This document shows positions 26,390 through 37,700 of a DNA stretch of 64,000 nucleotides, piece by piece. This DNA comes from Felis catus. Lineage: Eukaryota. The stretch is from positions 180,608,001 to 180,672,000 of the forward strand of contig NC_058368.1 of assembly GCF_018350175.1 (NCBI RefSeq), in the 5' to 3' direction. The translations under genes were made by a program, and so were the position numbers. The notes under the pieces were generated by a model. The model did not search any database, had not been told where the DNA came from, and was given only the letters and a program-made list of their open reading frames with translations. How positions within the stretch are numbered: the first letter of the stretch is position 1; each line of letters opens with the position of its first letter.

Positions 26390-27550
26390 CTTATACTCCG
26401 ATGACTCCCAAATCTTTACCTCCAGTCCTCTGAGGTCTATACATGGACTCCAACTCAGATCTCAACATCTCCATCTGTTCACTCACAAGTACCTCAAACT
26501 CAAGAGAATTTGGCCTCTTTACCCCCTACCCCCAAACTCTGATCCATTGATCAATGAATGGCACCTCCATGTACCCCAATGCCACAACCTTAGAGTCATT
26601 CTTAATACCCTCCACAGTCCTCCACCACCTCTGTCATCTCTTATACCTTGTCAACAACCAAGTCCTGCCTGATTTTTATCTTAACAATAAGAAGTCCTAC
26701 TTGTCCTTACTCCTAAATATCTCTGGAATCTGCATTTTGTTCCCACTCCCACTGCCTTGCATTAATCCAAGCCTCCTCATCTTTGCTCTGGACTCTTGTG
26801 AAAGCCTCCTAACTGGTCTCCCTGCTTCCAGTCTTGCACCACCATCCACTTCTCTATGTTCAGGAAACTACACAAAACACATCCACAGCTTTCCATTGAC
26901 CCCAAGGTAGAGGCTGAAGTCTTTCACCTGGCTTACAGACCTTATGTGAACTGGTTCTCTTGTCAGCCCATCTCTGTATCACTTTAGGCTTTGGTCAGAT
27001 CAAAACCATTCAGTCTTTCTTCATCTGCCTAACTTCAACCATTCTTCAGATCCCCACCCAGAAGTCATCTCTAAGAAGACATTCCAAAGCTCCCAGTTCC
27101 AGGTTAGCTACACCTGTGATAGTGCTTTTATCCTGCCCTATCCTATCCTACCCTACCCTACCCTTGCTTACCCTGCCCTACCCTATCCTGCTCTGCCCTA
27201 GCCTAGCCTAGCCTACCCTATCCTACCCCACCTTACTTTATCCTATCCTACCCTATCCTATCCTACCATATCCACCACACTGTATCAGAACTGTCTAGCA
27301 TCTCCTTGATACTTGCTATCCATGTAGCAGCCACTCCTTAAGACATTTTACTGTCACTTGCTAGAAAATTATTGCAATAAATGTGTACATAGCCAACTAT
27401 AATTTGAATGGTGCCTCTAGACTTATGCAGTGTACAACTGAACAGCTTCCCTGGGCACTCCTGTTATGAAGTAAATCTGTCAGGGAAGGTGTCATGTCTA
27501 TCCTGTTTACTCTTGGATTGCTAATAATAAATAGGGAAATGAATGAATGA
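26390..27550 (+). mobile_element. L2 3' portion with internal pentanucleotide repeat
   Basis: gatgactcccaaatctttacctccag...agcctcctaactggtctccctgcttccagtcttgc...aatgaatgaatga terminus. Confidence 0.75.
27130..27270. repeat. Degenerate pentanucleotide repeat (CCTAT/CCTAC/CCTAG)n
   Basis: Read directly. Confidence 0.85.
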
Positions 27551-30161
27551 CTTTTAACTGAACTCAGAATCTCCAATATCTTTGGCAGAGTGGAAATGGA
27601 ATTGTTTCCAAGACTTTACTACACATGGAATTCCAAACACTAAAAAAACCCCCCAAAACCAAACAACAACAACAACAACAACAAAAACCTCCAATGACAC
27701 AGTTACCAGGTAGGCAGGCTTTTTGTCTTAACAAATATTAGACATGAGGAAAATAATGTCTAAAGTACAGTAAAAAGGGGAGCATAAATGCACTTGAAGA
27801 AAGCTGTAATTACCATAAAAGGCTTTTCTAAAAAAGCATCAAGGAATGTTCTGCCATGTGCAGCAATTTAGAGGTAGAAATAAGTGGCTAATAGTATATA
27901 AGGGTTGTAAGGGGTATGTAGTGTATAAGGGGTATAGAAAGAGAAGAAGGATCTTAACATTCAGCATCAAGCACACCTTAGAAAAGCACACCCTACCCAG
28001 ATAGAAATGAAGGTGAAAACACAAAACAGGCTGTGTATAAATGAGGACAGATGACAGGAAAGCTTGAAAAGTGATGGATCCCTGCTTGGCTCAAGAGACC
28101 ATTAGGAGAGCTACTGCATCCTGGAATAAACCCTGGTGGAAAGTCTTCTGAATCAAGGGGAAAACCTTAACCTGGTTGGGGTCAGAAAATTCTGGGATTA
28201 AAACCTAGATTCGCCTCTTGCTGTCTGTGTGACCTTGAGCTGGTGTTTCACCTCTTACTCCTGTTGGTAAAACTCTGTATCTTACAAATTAATCTTATTT
28301 ACTGTCCTTCCCAATATAACCTGCATGAAGGCTGGGACTTTGGTCTCTTTTGTTCACTGAGATATCTTCAGTGTCTAGAAAAAACAGTTGGCATATAACA
28401 GGCATTTATTAAATGTTTGTTGAATAAATAACTCAACAAAGGTGATGATGATACTTTGTACAGATGCCAGAGGGGTGAAATGAAATTATACAGGTAGAGG
28501 TTTTAGCATAGAGCTTGGTATATTGTGAATGTTCAATAGATAGTAGCTCTTGTAGTTCGTGTTGATATGGCTGCTCTTGCAAACATTACAGTTAGTGCTG
28601 GGCTTTTCTCTGGGGCAAAGTTATAAGCGCAGGCTATTTCTCTTTGCCTTACCTCCAGGTCAGGATAAAAAACACAAGCCTATCCTGTTTCAGGTTAAAA
28701 AAAACAAACAAACTCCAGTATTCTCAGTATATGACTGCATCCAAGAACCCAGCAATGCCAAGTTGGTCTGGGTAACTGAGAGGAAAACCCACTGAAGCTA
28801 AGGGCAATTCTGAGGGGCAGGAGAGTTGAAGGTAGAATAAATGGTGGCTTTTTCTCTTGGACAGGATTGTACTTTGGCATGTTAACTTAATTAGGGAACC
28901 CTTCTCTTTCAATTGTTTTAGATATCACTGTTTTCTGAGAGCTGGGCATTGTTGGAATTGAGAAGCGGATACACACTGGAAATATGTAATAGAGTCTTCC
29001 ATTGCATTCCAGAACTCTTTGGAATTGAAAATAGCTGAGGTGTTGGGGACCGTGTATCACCAGGGGTTCAGCAGCCATTTATACTAAACAGCAGTGGCAG
29101 ACACTCAGAAAATTAATTTGGTGCTTCAAGACACTCTGGGGAAAGCTCAAACTAATTTTAGAAGACTGGCTGCCAAAGAAGCATTCTGGTACCCAGAAAA
29201 TGGAAGTGCTTGTCCCTCTTGCTCACCTGTGTGAGGAGGAGGGAGCTATGTAGGGACTCTGTTTCTAGGTACAAATTGGCATGGAAACTCAGCCATGAAC
29301 CTGTACTTGAATGGCTGCTTCTGCTTTGTTAGGGAAGACATGGCAAATCCAGAGACAGATGTTTTTCTCTGTTTCAGCAGCCTCTGTATGTCTTAAAGGG
29401 TTTGTGTAGGAGAGCATATGGGGGATGCTGGGTAGGGATGGCTGGGAAGGCTAGTGATCCTTTCCATGGTCCACTGCTCATCTTCTGCTCATAAGGCAGA
29501 AATCATACCCCTCAGCCTTAGGAGCAACAGAAGTAGCAGAGCCTCTGTGCAAGGGGACATAAATTTGGATCCAGCTGTCTATGTTGCACGTTTCCTGGAT
29601 GCACCTGGATTCTCACTGATCAGCATCATTTCTGTCTGCCCAGGAAAAGGAAGGCAGCAGGCTTAGCCTTGGCCTCAGAGAAAATGGTGAACTTAAAAAC
29701 AAATTCCTTCCACATTGGAGAGAAAAGGGGAAAGGAAGATACATCTTTTTTTTTTTTTTTTTTTTTTACCTGTTTTGATGCTTTAAGCTCCTATTATTAC
29801 TTTGTTTTTCTGAACCAGTAGAAGATAATGGGGGGTGGGGGGAGGAAACAGTGTTTAGGCAACAGTAGCTGGAAATAGCTCTTCTTGGGAGGGGGGAAGC
29901 TCCTGTCAATTACTTAGTGAATTCAAGACTGAATCATTGTCACCCAGTAGAACCAGGGTTTCACACAAGACTATGCTTCCCTTGGGGGAGCTTGCCTTCT
30001 TCCTCTGGAACATCCTTTTTATTCCACTTCACCTAACACAGGAGGATGTCGTGGGCTAGTGCTGGGAAAACATTACCATGTTGCTAAGGCAAAAACAACT
30101 GATACCATGTTGAAATCTGCTGAAAATGCACCAGGGGTTTCTCCAATTGATTAGATAGGAA

Positions 30162-30353
30162 CAGTGCTTCTCAAAGCGTGGTCCTGGGACCAGCAGCATC
30201 AATGTCACCTGGGAACTCATTAGAAATGCACATTCTTGGGCTCCATCCCAGGCCTACTGAATCAGAACCTCGGGGGTGGGGCCTGGAAATCTGCATTTTA
30301 ACCAGCCCTGGGGAGGGAGGGATTCAGATGTCTGCTCTGTGTGAGAACCACTG
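30162..30353 (+). mobile_element. MER5A-like hAT MITE
   Basis: cagtgcttctcaaagcgtggtcctgggaccagcagcatc...gagaaccactg. Confidence 0.85.
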
Positions 30354-30364
30354 CTTTAGGGTTA

Positions 30365-31025
30365 AGTCCTGAACCTCTAAAAGGGCCTTGAAGGCCCTGC
30401 ATTTATCTGGCCCTGTCCATTTCTCCCTCTCAGGTCACATCACATCAGGCTCTGCTCCCTGAGCTTCAGCCACACTGCCTGGCTGGGTTCTAGAACACAG
30501 CCTGCATCCTCCTCTTGGACTTCTGCAGCTCCCTGTCCCTAAACAACACTCCCTGCACTCTGGTTAGAGCCATTCATCCTGGGCTTAGCCAGTGCTCCTT
30601 CAGAAGGCTTTTTGACTTCCAGCCTGGGGGTCCTCCCTACTAGGTGATGTCATGGCACCACCCACTCCCCCTCCTATAGCACTCCTGCTTTGTCTCACTT
30701 CCAATTCATCCTTTGTTTCAAGCAGTGGGTCTCAACCTGGTGTGCATTAGAATTGGCTGAGAGTTCTGAAAAATCTAGATGCTAGACTGCACCCCAATTA
30801 AATCAAAATCTCTGAGGATAAGACTCCAGCATCAGTATTTTTATTTTTTTGAGCTCCCCAAGTGATTCCTGTGTGCGGCTGAGAGTGAGAACCAGCAGTT
30901 TAATGCCCATCATCCTGGGAGCCTCTAAGCCTCCTGAGTGCAAAGACTCCGACTCTGTTGTGTATGGCTGTTTTCCCAGCACACACCCCAGTGCCTAGCA
31001 TTACAGGTATTTGTTGAATGAATGC
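30365..31025 (+). mobile_element. L2 3' fragment
   Basis: aggccctgcatttatctggccc...ccagccacactg...ccccagtgcctagca...tatttgttgaatgaatg. Confidence 0.65.
30722..30898. mobile_element. MER5-like hAT MITE inside an L2 fragment
   Basis: cagtgggtctcaacc...gagaaccagcag termini; ctccccaagtgattc core. Confidence 0.7.
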
Positions 31026-31849
31026 ATAAATAGACCGTATGTGTGGTGTTTCTGCTGTTTCACTGTGCCCTTGATTCAGCAGCCAGGTAAAAGTAAAAGC
31101 TCCCCGCAGTCTACATCCCAAGCCCCCGGCTGGATGGCACTTCTCCAAGCAAAAGAAACAGCTGGTTGCAGCACAGGGTCCAAAACCAAGCTGATGACAG
31201 TGACTGTCAATAAGTGCGGGAGTAGGTCCGTGCCTTTCAACTTGGAAGAAGCTGACGCCTCCTGACTGAAAGAGACAGAATAGAGCACCCAGCGAGGTAG
31301 AAGAGAGCACGTTGGTAGATTAAGAGGGTGACACAAAGGCATGGATGACAATAATAAGAAAGTCCAATGGTTTAATTTGGTTCTTGGAGAATAATCAAGT
31401 TGTCGTACCTTATGTTGCTTATTCCCACAGCTGTCCGGCAAATAATGAATGTGGTACCTACCCGGTATGGAAATAGGGACAAAGACGCGACTTTGATTTC
31501 TTATTTGTTATTTTTAACCATCCAATTTCTATACCCACTGAGCATCCTTATAGCCACAGGAGGGTCATAAAAATACAAATAACATCTAGGAGGCCTGTGG
31601 GCACGGACTCGTTACTTACTGCAGGGCTGACGGCTCTCTTTTAACTAGTGTAAAAGGAGGCCAATGATAAATTGCTGTGTATTTGGTGGTTGTTGCTGTT
31701 TGTAGCACAACTTTAGGAAATGTAAGGAAATCACTGAATGCTTGTTTCTTATAGATGGTAAAAGAGCTAGGTTTGGAATCTATCTCAAGACTATGGGTTT
31801 TAAATTCTGGATTTTAACATGCTTTTAATATAATAACAATAACAATAGC

Positions 31850-32085
31850 AGACCCCCAATGGAGACATTTCTGTGTGCCTGGCCCTCTTTTACGTGCCTG
31901 GCAAGCATTAGCTCATTTCATTGTCACACCTTATAGTGTAGGTACTATTATTATCCCTGTTTCACAAGTGAGGAAACAGAGGCACAGAGAAGTGAATTAA
32001 CTTGGCCAAATTTGCAGAGTTGGTTAGTGGTGGAGCCAGGATTTGGCAGCAGGCAGACAGACTCTGTAGCCTCTGTTCTCAACCA
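31850..32085 (-). mobile_element. MIR
   Basis: gtaggtactattattatccctgtttcacaagtgaggaaacagaggcacagagaagtgaattaacttg. Confidence 0.8.
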
Positions 32086-32344
32086 GAGTCACTCATGGTC
32101 CTTGTTTACCCGAAACTGTTTTAGCACTAAAAGTCCCTAATCCCAGGAAACTTCTTAGTCCCGGGAAACTTGGACAACTGGTCATCATCAAGGACAGGGA
32201 CTGAGCACTGGGATCTTTTCATTGGAGACGATAGAGGTGGAAGGTAGGGCTGGAGGTGAAGGCCTCCAAGGGCAAGAGGGAAGGTGCCTAAAACATACTG
32301 GTGTCTCCTCAGGCCAAAGTCCCAGGTCAGCTCAGTAGTCACAG

Positions 32345-32560
32345 GGCAGAACTTGGTGTGTGAAAGAAATGGGCTCTGGATCCGGCGTGCCTGGGTTCAA
32401 ATCCTGGCTCCACCCCTTGGCTGCATGATCTTGGGCAAAAATGATAAATTCTTTATTCCTTACTTTCTTCATCTGTAAAACCAGGACAATAAAAGTACCT
32501 TTTCCAGAGGGTTGGTTGGCCTTTAAAAGAGAAAATACATATCACATGCTTAGTTAGCAT
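32345..32560 (+). mobile_element. MIR
   Basis: gcctgggttcaaatcctggctccacc...gatcttgggcaa...tcttcatctgtaaaa. Confidence 0.75.
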
Positions 32561-32789
32561 GATGGATAAATATATGTAAATGTGTCTAGTAAAATGCAAG
32601 ATGTGTAAATTTTAAGTAAATGCACATAGTAAATGTTTCAAAACTGATATTATTGTTGTTGTTTAAAGTAACCTCAAATGCTAGCAGAAATGTTTATGTG
32701 GCTCAGGGAATTCTTCGATTTTTCGCTTGGCAATGAGGAAGGACTGTACACTATGGTTCAAAACGGGATTGGTACAGTCAGTATAGCAA

Positions 32790-33200
32790 AGGCCCCAGGA
32801 AGATGCCCTCCAAAGACTGAAATGGAAGTGAGAAAAATGAGGTAATTTCCCGAGAGTTCCATGAGTAAGATCATCACATAATGGATGTGACATGTTATCC
32901 AAAGAAGCCCCCCCTAAAATGTAAGAGGCATGTGAGGTGAAACTGAAGTCACAGGGAGTGGACATCTCAACCAGGCTCAGAAAAGTATGTTAACAGAGAG
33001 GTGTGGTCTGCCTGGGGTGTGGAAAGGGGGCCACTGAGGGACATGGGGCAGAAGAGTGACTTGATCTGACTTGAGTGTCTAAAGGATTCCTTCGTGCTAG
33101 GAGAACAGACCAAGGATGCGGCAAGGATAGAGTTGGAGAGGATGTCCAGGAGGAGGCCATATGGATAATTTCTGTAAGTCATACTGGTGGCTTGGTGGGG
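32790..33200 (-). mobile_element. L2 fragment
   Basis: gagtgacttgatctgacttgagtgtctaaaggattcc...ccaggaggaggccat...tggtggcttgg. Confidence 0.5.
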
Positions 33201-34671
33201 CATGGGGGTGCCCTGCTACTGTGACCCAACATGGCAGGACTAATTCTATATGTTTTTAGGGTTCCCTACACATCCCTCCAATAGAAAGACTTGTGGTACA
33301 GATGCGGAGCAGAGGACAAAATACACTGTCCAGAAAATAGCACTCTGGGTGATACAATTAAATTAAGAGTACAGATTAAACTCTTGAGGTGGGAATCAGC
33401 AAATAAACAAGGTTGAAGAGGCTGGATTTTGTGGTGATTCTGCCCTTGTCTCCATGTTGCTTTTCCATATTAAAGGCAACATGCAGAAGTGGAGGGAGAG
33501 GGTAGCATGGGTGGAGGAGAGCAGAGAACTACAAAGTCACCCAGGCTCTCTCTCCAGGTTCAGGGCTGCCAGTGTTACACAGAACAGCTCCAGCAAATGA
33601 CCTCCCTGACTTTCTTGATGTAATGACTTCAGACCAAGAGGCTGCATTTAGTCTGCCAGCTTCATCTAGTTCTTGGCAATAGAGCTTCCTTGGGCCAACC
33701 CCAAACACCCTCCCAGGTTATTTCAGCTGGACTTTTAATCCCTTTGCACTCTGTTTATCCCCATAGATCAGCTTGACACGTCTGAATTGCGGCATTCAAA
33801 CACACTTAAAAAGCTCTATGTATCTGTCTATCCTTCCATCCATCTATCCATCATCTATGTATCAATTATCCACCTCTGTATATAAATATATACATATATT
33901 TATATTTATTAATCTGTCAAGACTTCCTTAAAAACTAGTCCCTCCAAATTACCTGAAGACTTGTTTTTAAAACACTGTGTATCAAATGATCTCATACAGT
34001 AGCTGTATTTTATCTTGTTTTTTGTTACCATCTACCTGTACAGAAACACCCAAAACATTTCAATCTCTCCTTTGCTTCTTCACTTTCTTTTCTTTCTTCT
34101 GGCTGAAATGGCATCTCCCAGCCCCACCCTTGTTGATTAATCCAGCACCTTCTATCATTTCACTCCTTCCCATCCTTGTGACCCAAGTAACCCTGAGTCA
34201 TGAACTTTTCCTGTTCTTTGAATCTCTGTTTGCATGTATTTTTCTAGTCCTTTTCTTAACACAGTTTTTAGGTGACCAATAACCTGGGGGGGGGGTCTTT
34301 GGTTGTTATATGTTCTTTATAAATTTTGCGATAAGTCTCAATCAGGAGGTACATTTATGTGTGGCACGTATAAAAAATAAGGAGCTTTTTGTTTTCTGAA
34401 AAAATATAGAACGGGAGTCAGAATTTTAAAAATCTGGCCTATGCTATTGTTAGATGCTATTCTTCCATTTTGCATAATGAATGTACCCTTAGGAAGGTGA
34501 GAGTTTCCTCTTCGAAAATCCTCTCATTTACAGAGAAACAAAAATCCCTCCTTTCAAATATATTTCAGACATGCAAAACAGCAGCATGTTTCTGTAAAGT
34601 CACATTTTAGCTAAATGGATAATTGAATGGTGAATGGGACCTGCTCCTCAGCTGCTAACCTGCAGCATTTC

Positions 34672-34673
<2 letters not shown>

Positions 34674-34708
<35 letters not shown>
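34674..34708. repeat. (CA)n microsatellite
   Basis: Read directly. Confidence 0.95.
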
Positions 34709-34712
<4 letters not shown>

Positions 34713-37700
34713 TCCCAAATTGCAGCACAGCAATCCCCAGGAGGCAGAAAGCATGACTGATTTTTCCAATAAAGCTGAAAAATCGATAATCCTTGTAGAT
34801 GGAAAGCTCACATCTCTAACCACCTCAGAATTTCATCTCCCTCTGCTATCCCTCCCCAACAAGCTTCTGTCTCTGCCCTGGCACATGTCACCGATTCCAT
34901 ACCGCCAGGATTTAGCCTGAGTTCTATTCCAGTTCTACTGAACGTACCTCTTAGAGAGGCCCTGCAATGCGTCTTGATTTAGAGATGCTTGGGTTTTATG
35001 TGGCTCTGGGAAATGTTGTTTAGCTTTTCCGGAGCTCCAATAAGTTCTGATGTATGGCCGTGCATGCCTGCATGATTAATGGCACATGCAAGGACTTGGA
35101 GCCTTCAGAGGTCACCCTGTGTGTACTGAATAATACAGCGCAGATCCAAAAATACCCTTGGATGAGAATCCTGGCTCCTCACAAATGCAATGGCATTGCT
35201 TGCTTTAGTTGACATTGCCTGAGACTTGGTGCCTCTCACTGACTGTGCTTCTAAGAAAAGTCACTTCCCCCCAACAGACATTTTTAAGATAAAAGGGGAA
35301 TAATTTTGGTTTCTTGGCTATTTCTCTATCAAGTATCAGAGGTACCAGGATAAGTAAGAAGGCTAGGAAAACTAGAAGGCTGATATACTAGACTCTGACA
35401 GGACTTCTAAGCTCATGGTAGCTAGGCCATGGTGGGAAGAAAATTAAGCATCTGTGCAAAATATGCTATGGTGTGCAATGCTGTGGTTGAGAATTTAAAT
35501 GCACCAAAGTCAAGAGATTCGAAATGATGGTTCCCACAGCAACTATAACTCAGTTCTCTGGTGAATATAAAATTAACTTTATTGCAAAACATGCTGTTCA
35601 ATTTACGCCTTAATATAGTCATGGCAGAGTTACAGTTGCTGTGAGAACGCTAACTCTGAATTGTTTTGAATAATTAATTTAATGAAAAGTTGGTGGAAAT
35701 GTGAACTCTGATAGAAAGTCAACTTAAATTTAGGGAAGTTGGCCAATCATGCCTATGCTGAGGAGTGATGATTCATTTTGGGAATCTGAAATAACTTAGT
35801 ACACTCTTTGGCCTGGGGGGCACTGATAAAGCAGAGAGCCCCAAAATACACTAACAGGGGGATTGTCCTCCATCACTGAAGAAACACTCCTGCAGGTGGA
35901 GACTTTACCAACAGATGAGGGTACCTTCCTGGCGCCCATACGCTCTGATTTTGCTGCTGGCCTCCCAAGTAACCCTCTTGGCACGATTACCTAGGGTCAA
36001 AGCAGGTGATCCAAAGAGTGCATTGTTACACCTGGGCTCTGTCAAGTAAATAGAGGATTAGAGCTCACTTCCCCTTGTCACTGATGGTTAGGACTTATGT
36101 CAATTGCTTTCCCTCTCTGAGCCAGTTTTCTCACCTGGATGATGATGAGGACAATTTCCACCTCACAAAACTGATATGAAGATTCGATGTGAGAAGGTGT
36201 GCTAAGAATTTAGCACTGGGGCTGGCAAGTTTTATGGCCAGTACTCAATAACTGTTAGCTGTTATTATCTGAAAAGGGAATTCAGTAGATCAGTAAATTC
36301 CAAACATATGCAAAACCAATTCTTTGGCCTGTCTTGTTATTTCCTTCCAAACTGATTTAATAGAAACCTGAACCAGCAGGCAGGGGGGTGATAAAGGCAG
36401 AAACATGAGTTGGCAGAAAGTTTTGTAAGCAGGAGTTTGTATTCGGTAAAGATACTTGAGACCACTTCTTCTGAAGTTCTGGAAACAAACCAATCTATCA
36501 TCCCTTCTACCAGATGACTATTTCTCCTTTTTTCCACCACATCATCTCCTTCTCCACGAACCATTTTAGATCTTTTCCTCCTAATTCCTCTCCTCATCAT
36601 GAAATTTTAATGTCATAGATACATTCTATATCTGCTTATTTATTGCAAATATATTTGTGTTTTATACATGAAAAGGGTAAGAGTTTTGCAGTCTCCCAAA
36701 GAACCACTTTTTATTCTGTTTGGGCTGACACTGCCCTCATTTTGAACATATGTGCTAGATTACAGGCCAACACATCCCTTGTTCAAGTCCTCATGCTCCG
36801 AAACTCAGGAGAAACCCTTCATTTATTTGGTCATTTCCTTTGCTATTCCTTCTTCAAATCTAGCTTTGACTTCTAGCAAATGGGCTATTTAACTCACGGT
36901 GGCTTCTCACTATATCCTTCCCAACTATTCTCCTTTTTCTCTTTCTCTTAAATGATTCCGGAAGGTCACGCCCAGAGAATCTCAAGCCAGCTAGCACTCC
37001 TTGAGCACCTGAGGTATTCCTGTTCCAAGGCAGGGGGTAATTTAGGTTCTTTCTGGATATGATGTTTTGCTGCTGAGTGCCAGGGTTGGCCAAACCAAAG
37101 GAATTGTCCCTGCCAGAGATCATCTTTCTTGGGAGGCACTGTCAGGGTTTTAATAGAAAGGGGCAAAGCCACAGCCTGGGAGGAAAAACAAATGAAAAGG
37201 AAACCCCCCAGCAATGTGCATTTCTAGCTTCTGAATCCATTCCCAGCTTGGCTTTAACTACTTTATGTATCCGTCTCATGCTGTTTTCAGGGCCTCTACC
37301 TCCTTCCCCTCAAAGTCTTGGCTTGCGGCTTTTTACCTCACTGTGATTGGTATCAGTAACATTTTAATGTCTCCTATAAGACATGATTTTATAACACTGC
37401 AATCGTTTGCGTTTACTGCTCAGAAAATATTTTAAAGCTGCATTACTTAGCGTAAACCCATCTCACCGGTGATGGAAGCAGTAACTTAAATGTCAAGGTA
37501 GAGCTGTCCTAGTATGTGGAGATCAGTCAGATGCAACTTTAAAGTGACTTGTTGGTCTGGCCAGGTACGTAGCTAAACCTGGAACTTCTTTACCTTGGCT
37601 TCTCAAATTTGAGCATGGCTGTGAGTGGAAACTTCAGTGGCTGAATTCCCTGCTGACCTGGTGGGGGGGGGGGCGGGGGGTGCTCGTTTGTGCTTCCCTG

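Larger units (their letters stand above)
26173..27743 (+). repeat. Diverged ~170-bp direct repeat (26173-26340 and 27565-27743), each with (CAA)n
   Basis: Shared ctttggcagRgtggaaatg...agact...cactaaaa...(caa)n...acacagttaccaggtaggYaggcttt...attagac. Confidence 0.88.

Noticed and set aside
31430..31452. IHYLPD reading resembling AHYLD
   Set aside because: Not in the frame given by either available acceptor; treated as coincidence.
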